DNA of 64,000 nucleotides from Octopus sinensis (Eukaryota): positions 92,752,001 to 92,816,000 of the forward strand of contig NC_043003.1 in assembly GCF_006345805.1 (NCBI RefSeq), read 5' to 3'. The notes beneath the pieces were generated by a model, which had not been told where the DNA came from, made no database searches, and saw only the letters and a program-made list of their open reading frames with translations. Each line of letters starts with the position of its first letter. Position 1 is the stretch's first letter. This document shows positions 24,851-35,650 of this stretch, piece after piece. The position numbers and the translations under genes are program-made.

Positions 24851-25889
24851 CCCCCTAAAGCAGTGGTTTTCAACTAGGGTTCCGCCAGCACAGTCTAGGG
24901 GTTCCGCAAGAAGTTACAAAACTGCTAAAATCGACAATAATTTTTAATTCTCCTGTGCAGATATGTGTGCATAAGACTATTAAATTATTGCACAGGGGTT
25001 CCTCGAGCCAGTGGAATGCTTCCTTGGGGTTCCGCTCCAGCAAAAAGTTTGAAAAGCACTGCCTTAAAGGATTATCCCGAGTTTACTCGTGCATCATAAA
25101 TGTATCTTTTTAGAACCAGACAAGTATACTCAGTCAAAATTAACTTTTAATTTTAGCACTCAAACGAGTTTATTTGTTTTGTGTAGTTTCATTTTTGAGC
25201 AATCACGAATTTACTTGTGTTGTTAAAAAAAAAAAGAAGTATTTTTTCATTTGATGGATTTGGCTATCTGGAATGCTTATGTTTTGTATAAAGCATCTTT
25301 GGAAACTTCAGCTTCTGCTATGAAACTGCTGAAATTTAGAATGCAAATAATCACCAAGATTATTGAAAAATATAGGCCCTTATTGCCTCCCATGAAACCA
25401 AGAAGACCATCATCAATCCTACATCCAACAAGATTTGCCCCAGCTGGTCACTTTCCCATGGAAATACCACCAAGTGATAAGAAAAAGACCCATACAAGAC
25501 AGTGTGCAAAATGCGCAGAGAAGAGAGATGCTAAAGGAAAGAAGATTCGAAGAGAATGCAGATACATGTGTGATGTCTGCAAGATAACTTTGCGTGTAAC
25601 TCCTTGCTTTAAAAATGATCATTTTAAATAAACTGTCTATCTAATTTAAAAAAAATTTTCCTTATAAAAAATCAAAGATAAGTTATATGTATTTTTTTTT
25701 CCATGTCCGAGTTAACTCATTTAAATCTAGATGAGTAAAAGTACATTTTAATTTCTATAATAAAAAATAAAGGAAACAAGATAAAAAAAACTTTTTTTGC
25801 AATTAACACAGTGTGTATAATTAAAAAAGGAAAAAAAAAATATGCTCTGAAATAAAAAGCCATATCAAAATAATTGATCCATTAAGGGA
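24851..25889 (+). mobile_element. Internally deleted piggyBac element retaining only the transposase C-terminus (ORF 25251-25631)
   Basis: FFHLMDLAIWNAYVLY plus a Cys-rich domain CAKC...CDVC..LRVTPCF..DH. TTAA at 24847-50 and 25890-93. Ends read CCCCTTAAAGGAT and, reverse-complemented, TCCCTTAATGGAT once the nested MITE is removed. Confidence 0.85.
24861..25061. mobile_element. hAT (Charlie-like) MITE
   Basis: TIRs CAGTGGTTTTCAACT and AGTTTGAAAAGCACTG; 8-bp TSD ccctaaag/ccttaaag. Confidence 0.85.
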
Positions 25890-26448
25890 TTAAATAAATT
25901 GAGAAGAGATTTTCAGATTATCCAAAGTGCTGCAAAAATTCATTGGAAAAGAAGCCATATGCATCCATAAAGGGCACTAGGTACAAGGGACCAGAGTTGA
26001 AGAATTTAATTTTCAGAATATCACAGAAAGACTGGAAAGGAAAAAAAGTGTCAAGAAAAATAAAAAAATGCACAACAATATGTTGTGAATTTGTATGTGG
26101 TGTGTGGTCTGCATCATTAAATGATATGCTGTTGGAGTTTAGTGCAGATAAAGCTCTCCCCCCACCTCAAATATTCCAATTAAATGCATACTTTAAAGTA
26201 GGAAACTTGTGTTGATTCACTTGACCAAAATACCATCATCCCCATAATTATTGGTTTTGTCCACTTTTCCATGCTTGCATGGATCGGAGAGAATTCTTTG
26301 AAACAGATGTTTTATAGTTGGATGTCTTTCTTGTCATCAACCCGTACCTGTCATCAAGAAAGTTGATATTTCCCCATGACTGGATGTGCTCACATGGAAG
26401 ATTGCAGATGAAAGATACTGCTTGAACGTTGTGACACTTGCTTACAAC

Positions 26449-26738
26449 CAGGGCTGTGGATTTGGATTTGTGGAGTCGAAGTCGGAAACAATTAAGGAGA
26501 TTAAGGAGTAGCTGGAGTTGGAGTCAGTAAAACTATACTGACTCCAACTCACAATATCTTTATTCTTTAATATAAGCCAGTTATAACAAATAGGACCACA
26601 CAAAGTACAAGCGTGTGCATATGCTTTATGAGATATGTAGATCACAATCAGTTGATTACATAAAGAGGAGTCAGAGTCGAAGGTGCCAATAGTAGAAGAG
26701 TCAGAGTCGAAGTTTTTTGTTTTGATTCCACAGCCCTG
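26449..26738. mobile_element. hAT-like MITE with GGAGTC/AGAGTC subterminal repeats, nested in a SINE (about 26256-26912)
   Basis: Perfect 12-bp TIR CAGGGCTGTGGA...TCCACAGCCCTG; TSD not recognisable. Confidence 0.75.
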
Positions 26739-27292
26739 ACAGTCATGACAAGGAGACACAAGCACAAAGAAAGATATATAAATGCACTCAACAGGTTTTG
26801 TTCAGTTTCTGTCAACAAATTCACTTACAAGGGTTTGCACAGCTTGAGGCTACAGTAGAAGAGACGTGCCCAAGAAACCTTGCAGTGGGACTTATTTCAA
26901 AACCATGTGATTGAGAAGCAATATTCTATATTTATCTCCCACTAGCATCACAATGTGTTCCTAACAAAAACACTTAACTATCTTGATAATTTAATTGTAA
27001 ATGCCACAGGGAGGTGAGGTTAAAGTGAGACTGTAATTGAAGAGTGTCTGGCTGAGTCGAAACAATTGACAAACATAAACTATGACATTTCTGCGAGATT
27101 TATTGCATCGCCAAGAGTTAATCCTCTTTTACGGAGTTATAGTGAAGCGATAAAAACTGTTCTACCAATAGCTTGGCACTATATCAATTTGGTTAGCTGC
27201 CACTTTCATTACCATAATAAGATAGCATTAAATAATGATATTTCATTGGTTTAGTCATAAAGCACCAAATTTATAAAGAAAAATGGGGAAAT

Positions 27293-27442
27293 GTGAGATG
27301 GCTGCATGATTAAGATGTTTACTTGGCTTTGGGTTCACTTCCATTGAGTGGCACCTTGGGCAAGTGTCTTCTACTTTAGTCTTGGACTGACCAAAGCTTG
27401 TGGGTAGATATGGCAGATGGAAACTGAAAGAATCCCACTGAT

Positions 27443-27479
<37 letters not shown>

Positions 27480-27722
27480 ATACATGCTTGTGTCACCTTG
27501 TCATGATATTTTGTGATAGATGAAAATGAGCATCACACAAGTGCTGTGACTCATTTGCAATATTCCAAGTAAACATGTCTGACCATGGGAGAAACATCAC
27601 CTTGCTTGGAAACAGGAGAGTGTTGGCAACAAGAAGGGCATCCGGTTGTAGAAAAACCTGCCTCAAGCAAGAGCAGAAAAATGGATGTTAAGATGATGAT
27701 GACAATGATGATGGTGATGATG
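27293..27722 (+). mobile_element. SINE family S3: S1-type head and core with an RTE-derived tail (copies at about 1-290 +, 17495-17900 +, 54516-54935 -, 26256-26912 - and 13255-13450 -)
   Basis: Same head and core as S1, but ends GTTGGCAAC.AGAAGGGCATCC...GTTAAGATGATGATG like the RTE 3' end. Confidence 0.8.
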
Positions 27723-27963
27723 AATCATCTACACTGGTCACAGTTAAGGCTGTATGATTAACAAGTTTGTTTTGAAATAGCATGGCTTTGGGTTCAATTC
27801 CACTGCACAACACTTTGGGCAAAGTTTGTTCTGCCCCAGTTTTGGGTTAACCAAGATCTAATTGAAATTTGGCAGATGGCAAATGTCTGAAAGCCACTGA
27901 AAGAACCACTACTTTTCACAAAATCCAGTTTAACACCCCCACCTGATCCTAAAGTGTCTTTAA

Positions 27964-28181
27964 CCCTTTAGCATTCAGCATGTTAAATGCAAGGCCTATT
28001 TATGCACACTGTTTCAAATTAATCATGCATTACCTCATAGCTTTGAGATTTCAATGATGCAATTGTTTATTTTTAGAATGACATTATAGGGTAGGTGTGA
28101 AAGGCTGGATCTGGCTGGTTTAAACATAAAAAAACAGGTAGAAAGCCTGGGCTGGACATGGTCAGTTTAAATGCCGAAGGG
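27964..28181. mobile_element. Second piggyBac-type TTAA MITE family
   Basis: TTAA|CCCTTTAGCATT...AATGCCGAAGGG|TTAA. Confidence 0.75.
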
Positions 28182-28319
28182 TTAAAAAAGTCCACTCTGC
28201 AGCAAATAGTTGGGCCACAGTATCCAGACTGAAAATAACTTCCTCATCCCCTCTTACAAGTCTTAGAGGTTCTACAAAGCCACTAACTTTCATAGGTGTT
28301 GACCTTTCTCTCCTCTAAC

Positions 28320-28354
<35 letters not shown>

Positions 28355-29288
28355 CCTTTGTGTTATGAAGTGAAATAAAATGAGTTACAGTATTGACCAA
28401 ACAGGCAGTCATTGTTCCACATTCTATTCTTTGCCAGTACCACACAAAAATATCTAACTCACAAATAAGGGTTTTGTTGAATTTTTTCTGCTATTTAACT
28501 CACAAATGCCTCATAGGCATCATGAGGAGGTAAGTTTACTTCTGCCAAAATGAAGAGAGAGACTACTATCTACAATACAGACCTGTATTTCATCAGTTAA
28601 TATCTATTGCAGTTAAACATCTTTGTCAGAAATACAGTGAAGTGATGCAAACACCATCAACCTAATGTTCAATCAGTAGGCTGGCACCTTATCAATTTGG
28701 CCAGCTGCCACTTTCATTAACGGATTCAGATAGGAATCAAACAGGGACAGTGAAGCTATCCCATCAAGTCTTGTTAACTGTGTTGAGTAGTTTACTTCAA
28801 ATTTACATCAATTAGCTGTCACATAAGAAAAAGAAAAACTACAAACAATAGAGATAGATATAGTATTTTATTTTCTCATTATCAATTTTACTAATGAGGT
28901 AACTCGGGCATGGAAGATTCCATTTCAAAAAAAAAAAGAAAAAGAAAAAATTACCTTAGTGGTTCCCTAGGTAAATGTCTTCCACTATAGCCCTGGGCCG
29001 ACCAACACCTTGTGAGTGAATTTAGAAGACAGAAACTGTGTGGAAGCCTGTTGTATATATGTATGTGTCTGTGTTTGTCCCCACCACCATTGCTAACTTG
29101 TGTTGGTTTGTTTATATCCCTGAAACTTTGGAGTTCAACAAAAGAAGTTGATGGAAAGAGTACCAGTCTTAAAAATAAGTACTGAGATTGATTTGTTCAA
29201 TGAAACCCTTTAAGGCAGTGCTTCAGCATGGCCACAGTCAAATGACAGAAACAAGTGAAAGATAAAAGAAAGATTTAAATATTTTACA

Positions 29289-29646
29289 CTAGCAGTATCG
29301 CCCGGCGTTGCTCGGGTTTGTTTCGACCCGCTGGAATTGTAATTTTGAAAAGTAAAAATTTTGTGAACATTTTTCTGGTCGAAATATACCGAAAAGTGGC
29401 GACACAACAGTGAAAAAATCGTAAAAAATAGGGATTTTCATAGAAAAAAGCAGCTTTTTGATGTAAATAATTTTTGGTGTTAACATGGTCCGATTTGAAT
29501 TTTATGTTCTACGGAAGGAAGAGCATCCCTTCTTCTATCATACTCTCAATTTTGGTCAACTTGCGCCGCAGGGTCTCGGAGGAGATAGTGTTAGTTGGAG
29601 GTTACCAAACGTGGCGCACACAGACAACTTCAGCTTTATATAGAGA
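29289..29646 (-). mobile_element. Non-autonomous Helitron A
   Basis: Minus strand A|TCTCTATATAAAG...CCCGAGCAACGCCGGG hairpin...CTAG|T, with no TSD. Confidence 0.85.
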
Positions 29647-30659
29647 TAACACACACATTAATACACATACATAGACACACACACACATGCATGTATGGAT
29701 GTATATATGTACATCTGTCCACTTCTTGCAATATTTTTATCCTTCACTTCCTACACACACACACGTGCATGCACACACACACACACACCTTCTTAGCTTA
29801 CAATTACTTTCTGTCAACAATTGACAACAGAAGTACGCTCGCCAATTAATACTACCAAAATTTAACGACAGAAAGTAAATTAAAAACCAATTTACCTTTT
29901 CTGTATTGTTATGGCAATCCGACCGTCGGTGTGTTTTTGCAAATGTGTTCGAATGAGAAGTGAGTTGTGTTTGGCGCCTTTTTTACTAATAACAAACACA
30001 CACGTGTGTGTCTGTTTGAGTGTTTGTATGTAGTTGTTTGAAACGTTTGTGTTTGTCACTGTCATATATGTATGTGTATGCGTGAGGAATGGCAAACCAG
30101 ATAGATAGCGCGCAAAGTTCTTTTGAAGTTCGCGCTCCGCTTGTGTGTGTGTGCGCGCGTGCTTTAGGTACACAGCACAACATTACTCTCTCTGTCTCTT
30201 TACACACACTAACAAAAGCACTTCACTTACACACCACACTTTCTGTGTCGCACATCCCATCAAACACACACGCACACACTCACGCACGCACACATGTACA
30301 TCAATGCTTTTGGAGTGAAATGTTAAAATATTGAGTTTTCTCGAATTTTGTCTTAATTGGGGGTGAAATTGAAAGAAATTTTGTATGGCATGACCGAATG
30401 GAAGTACTTGTAAAAATCATAGGTAAACTGTAATTGAAGAAATTGTGTGAGGAGTAAATCATTATGTATTTATTTGTTTCTGTTTTTTTTTTTTTTGAGT
30501 AGTGGTTTAAGGTAAACTTCTCTCGTTTTATAGAAATAGTTTCACTTTAATCGTTGCACACTTGCAAAGAGAAAGGAGTAGAAATTAGGGTGATAGCGTG
30601 AGTGAAGCAGATCGCTCCGTTTTTGTGTGTGTGTGTGTGTGCGTGTGCTGTAGCCCACA

Positions 30660-30870
30660 CTAAGAAAAGCACTTGACTTACACACCACAATGTGAGTTTT
30701 CTCTAAATTTTGCTTAATTGGGGTTGAAATTTTAAAAACTGGACCTGGCACGACCCGATTTATTCTACTCTTAAAAATGCTAGGTAAATTGTAATTGAAG
30801 AAATCCTATATTGTAGATTTCTATAAGAGACAAAAGGAGGCAGATAAAATCTGCCTTTTATAATAAGAGA
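30660..30870 (-). mobile_element. Helitron-like 5' module D; second copy at about 33520-33731 and partial copy at about 30320-30470
   Basis: About 210-bp direct repeat ending ggaggcagataaaatctgccttttataataagaga|t, i.e. a minus-strand A|TC start with a hairpin. Confidence 0.65.
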
Positions 30871-31229
30871 TTACCTTCTGCCTGCTCACTACCCAATTTG
30901 CCAGCCTGAATGACATTGCTGGGTAAACTTGGATAAGAGCTGGAGTTCTTGTTTAACACAGGGCATTACTAACATTAAGCAGATCTATGATCAAAAAGTG
31001 TTTTAACCATGACAATCCCACCTTTTTTCTTTTAAGATATATACCTAGGAGAGTATTACCCAATGTGTTTTCCATTTTAAAATAGAAGAGTGAAATTCCA
31101 GGAACAGCTGGCTGTTACTTCTAGTAGGTTGATTGACTGCACATAGGGTTGTATTAGTTGGAAATAATGGACAAATTGCTTTATGAATGGATCTCACACA
31201 ATTTCTTGAACGTCCATATTTCTCAGTTA

Positions 31230-31585
31230 TCTCTCTATATATAAACGGCAAAATGTCTGTGTGCGTGTCCTTTATACAAATCCACAATTTTTCAGTTAGA
31301 GAGCTCGCACTTTCTATGGTCATTCAAAACTGTCCAAGGGTGGTCGTGCACATCTTTATATTTCCACAGTCACCCTGCAAAGTCATTAAAAAATCAATAG
31401 AAGTGACTTTTTTGTGAATTTTCTATCCAAAACCCAATCAAAATGCCCAAAACTTGATACGCCAATTGAATGCCAGCTAGCTGTATGTGATTGGTCGGGG
31501 ATTTGGACAGTACTTGCGTGTAGGTGCGCACGCACGCAGCTGTATATGCATGCACTATCATTATGACCGTGTGTGTGTGTATGAT
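31230..31585 (+). mobile_element. Helitron-like element C (5' end only), abutting the 3' end of Helitron B
   Basis: A|TCTCTCTATATATAAACGG..TGTCTGTGTGCGTG start resembles the 5' ends of A and B. Confidence 0.6.
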
Positions 31586-31606
31586 ATATATATATATATA
31601 TATATA

Positions 31607-32001
31607 CTAGCAGTATCGCCCGGCGTTGCTCGGGTTTGTAAGGGAAATAATTATATAAGCATTTTTAGAGATGTAAAGTATAATAGCCATCTCAATATGG
31701 CTAACCACAAAGGGGGAGGGGTGTTACTGTAGCTTTTTACGTTCTGAGATTTAATAATAAATTTAAGAGAGTTACTTCCCTTATATATGTCAAAAATGGA
31801 TTAAAAATGGGAAAAATTGATGGTAAATTTTTTTTTAAATCATAGACTCATTGTAGACACACGCTAATACCCAGACGGTCTCTATATGAATCACGACTAT
31901 AAGATACCCGGTTTTGGTTAAACTGCACCGCAAAATGTGGGAGTAGTTAGGAATCTAAATCGTAGGAGACAGACACACAACCTCACTTTTATATATAAAG
32001 A
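31607..32001 (-). mobile_element. Non-autonomous Helitron B
   Basis: A|TCTTTATATATAAAAG start; same 3' hairpin and CTAG|T as Helitron A. Confidence 0.85.
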
Positions 32002-32151
32002 TTTCCTCTATTTACATAATATTGAGGTATCTTTCTTTCTTTTGTTATCTTACTGTTTTTACCAATATACATATATATATATATATAGTTACAGAGATGT
32101 ACTTGCATAGCAAGTGACTTGATCTGAGATCGTGTGCTGGAACGAAAACAG

Positions 32152-32410
32152 TTGCAGTGTTGAAGGTGTTTATAAGCCATTTAAGAAACACACAAAAACC
32201 GTTAGATTCACTTCAACATTTAAATTTAATTTGTCAAAATATTTTCGTCGCTTTGAGACCGCGACCTGTTAGCACGATATTTTTGTCAGTGAACAGGTCG
32301 CGGTCTGAAAGCGACGAAAATATTTTGGCAAATTAAATTTAAATGTTGAAGTGAATGTAATGGTTTTTGTGTGTTTCTTAAATGGCTTACAAACACCTTC
32401 CACGCTGCAA
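32152..32410. repeat. Long hairpin: 119-bp arms, 21-nt loop
   Basis: 32152-32270 versus 32292-32410 shows 7 mismatches by hand count. Confidence 0.9.
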
Positions 32411-32957
32411 GGAAATCTACGCTTCCAGCTTAGTTTTTCTTGGAGGGCTGGCCGTGATCTAGTAATCTCAAGATTAATCAGCCGAAATTACTACGATGAT
32501 CCGGTTCTTGACTGAAGACTGAGGGGTTCGAATGTCCTGTCCATGTTTATTGTATCGTCTTCTATGAGTTATACGTTCTTGTCCATGTTGTATTTTTCTA
32601 CATACCTTAATATATATGTATGTATGTATGTATGTGTGTATATGTGTATGCATGTATGTGTGTGTGTGTGTGCGTGTCTGTGCTTGTGATTGTCCTCCAC
32701 CACTGCTTGACAACGAATGTTGGTTTGTTTACATCCCTGTCACCTAGTGGTTTGACAAAGGAAACAGATAGAATAAGTACAATGCTTACAAAAATAAAAC
32801 TGGATTTGATTCATTAAACTACAATTCTTCAAGGCATTGCCCCAGCATGGCCACAGACCAATGGCTGGAAAAAGCAGAAGAATAAAAGAATACATTCTCT
32901 GCTTTGGTCTTATGTTCAAGGCATGAGAAAGCTTGAGTTTACATGAGAAGGCCTAAC

Positions 32958-33223
32958 AGACCTGGTAGAAATAGCAGCCAAATCTCCCTCAAATCACACC
33001 TTACTGTCTTATGTATGTATATATATATGAGCCAATGAGGGGGACCTCTACATGGTAGGTAGACCTGGTAGAAATAGCAGCCAAATTTCCCCCAAATCAC
33101 ACCTTACTGTCTTATCTATGTATATATGTATGTATGAGCCTATGAGGGAGACCCCTACATGGCAGCTAGACATGGTAGAAATAGCAGCCAAATCTCCCTC
33201 AAATCACACCTTACTGTCTTATC
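32958..33223 (+). repeat. About 105-bp tandem array (2.6 units) of an unclassified dispersed repeat
   Basis: Units start at 32958, 33061 and 33168; the motif TAGAAATAGCAGCCAAATCTCCCTCAAATCAC also occurs dispersed (about 11600, 23290 and 35170). Confidence 0.85.
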
Positions 33224-35289
33224 TTTCTGCTACTTGGATATAGGTGTTATATTCGTCGTAAAAAACTTTCCTGTCACACACTCACGCACACGCACACACA
33301 CACACCCGTGCACACACACACGCGTGCACACACACACGCGTGCACACACACACACACACACTCACGTTAGCTTACAATTTTATTTATATATTTGCGTGTC
33401 TATGTGTGGAAAGAGGAAGTGGGAGGCAGAGTGAAAGAATCACTCACTACAGTAAGTGAATTAGTTTCATTTTATTCGTTGCCCACTGTGTGTGTGCGTT
33501 TGCGTGTGGTGTAAACCAGACTAAGAAAAGCATTTGACACACACACCAGAATGTGAGTTTTCTGTAAATTTTGCTTAATTGGAGTTTAAATTTTAAAAAC
33601 TGGACCTGGCATGACGCGATGCATTGTACTCTCAAAAATGCTAGGTAAATTGTAATTGAAGAAATCCTATATTGTAGATTTCTATAACTCCCAAAGGGAG
33701 GCAGATAAAATCTGCCTTTTATAATAAGAGATATATATATATATGTATATTATATTGGTTTCAGATTTTTGGCACAAGGCCAGCAATTTCAGGGAAGAGA
33801 GTACATCAATTACATTGGCCCTAGTACTCAACAGGTACTTATTTTATTGATCCCACAAGGATGAAAGACAATGTTGAACTTGTTTGTTTTCCATGCATGC
33901 ATGGGTAGGACGGTTGACAGGAGCCAGCCAGGTAGAAGACTACTCCAGGCTGCTGTGCCTGTTTTGGCAGGGTTTTTATGGCTTGATGCCCTTCCCAACA
34001 CCGATCACTTTATGGAGTATGCTGGGTGCTTTTTACATGGCACTAAATAATGATGATAATAATGATGACCTTTGATGCAAAATGTACTATAAACAGAACA
34101 TATACATTTATTTTGTAGATAGTGTAGCCAAGAGGTTCTCATGTCAAAAAATAGTTGGAGTCTTTGTTGATGTTAAGTGCAACAAAGCATCAAACTAAAT
34201 GTTTATTTTTAAGAGGGAGAGTTTATGAAAAAAACAAAAGACAAAGACAGGTGGTGTACAAAACAAACAGATGTATTAGTATAACGCTCAGGAATAGAAA
34301 AAGTCTTTTACGTTTCGAGCCTACATTCTTCTACAGAAAGGGACACAGACAAAACAAGGAGAGAAAAAAATGTGTGTAGTGGCTAACGATCCTTCATCAT
34401 CATTATGGCTAAATTATATTGCAGTAAACTCTGACATTCGTCACTCAGAGGTAAATACCAGTAATACACTGATGCCAAGTTAAATGACTGTATATCTTCC
34501 CCCCCCCCAACAAACAAAACAAAAAACCCCCAAAGAAGACATGCACTAGTTGCCAAAAAAAAAAAAACCAAATTAAAATGAATCAATATTCCTCATTTAG
34601 ATTAGCTTTTTAGATTCATGGTGAGTGGTTGGGAGAATATTAACTTCAAGAAATACAGTATTGATTTTAATCAAGCAGCTGTAAAAATTTGAGCCCGTGC
34701 AGGCAACAAGACTTTTCTATCAATGCAAAAGCTAATTACTCGAACATACTCTGTAAGGTAAACAGTTATTCCTTTTCCTCACCCATTTAACAAGCTTAAA
34801 ATTCCTAATTTGGCTGAACTAAAGTGATACCTTCAAGGCTAGCACAACAGGTTTGACAGCATATTTCACACTACTCTTTTTTTTATTATGTTTACATTGG
34901 CTCAATAACCAATTTCATAAAAGAATGATGTAGTCAATCGAAGCAACAGGTCATCAATTTAATCAGTCCAAGAAAAATACAAAGCAAAGTTGAGCTTGGT
35001 GGAATTTCAATACAGAAAGTTAAAATGGGTAACTAAATGCTGTACTGCATTTTTTTTTGTTTTGTTTTAGTTGCTGATCTTGTTTAGCTTAAAATTAACT
35101 GCGACTAAGAATTATGATCAATGTATTCCAGCTATGACCATCCAATCATTTTTTAAAAAAAGATGTGTGTGATTTGAGGAGAACTATTTCTAGCAGGTTA
35201 AGCAATTATGTGGAGAGTCCTTGCTTAATGGTTTCATTGTCTTTACCATTATATGGAAGTAAAGTCTTACTGCTGTTTCTCTGGTCAAT

Positions 35290-35650
35290 GACATAGATTA
35301 AAGATTTCCAATGAGCTGCATTTGACATTCAAGACTTCGGTTCCTAATCAGTAAGTTTCATCATCACTTTGATTCTCTTTTACTCATTGACCACAACATA
35401 GCTGTCATGGATAGAGCCAGATCTACTAATGTCCTACACAACTATGTCACTAACCAATGGTCCTCAAGGAAAGAGCAATGTTTTTGTATTTGACAGGAGC
35501 AAAATCTTCGACCATGCCTGACATAAGGACTTGCTGGCTTGGCTACTTACCAATAGTTTCCATCTGTTGCACATCTCTTGGATTCAAAGTTGCTTGCCAG
35601 ACCATACAATTACAGCATATGCTGACAAAATTATTTCAGACCGGCAGGCT
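35290..35650 (+). mobile_element. Decayed CR1-group reverse transcriptase fragment
   Basis: RARSTNVLHNYVTNQW..VFVFDRSKIFDHA.HKDLLAWL resembles RS..ST.D.L...ALDISKAFDRVWH..LL.KL. Confidence 0.6.

Noticed and set aside
27100-28730. Diverged duplicate of about 130 bp (about 27100-27240 and 28600-28730) as a conserved regulatory element
   Set aside because: Most simply two old copies of an unclassified repeat; nothing in the sequence supports a function
32425-32600. GAAA...CUGAAGA motif, with a second copy at about 39775-39950, as a hammerhead ribozyme
   Set aside because: Stems I and II do not pair in register in either the type I or type II reading, and the post-stem core is GAAU; treated only as a two-copy repeat
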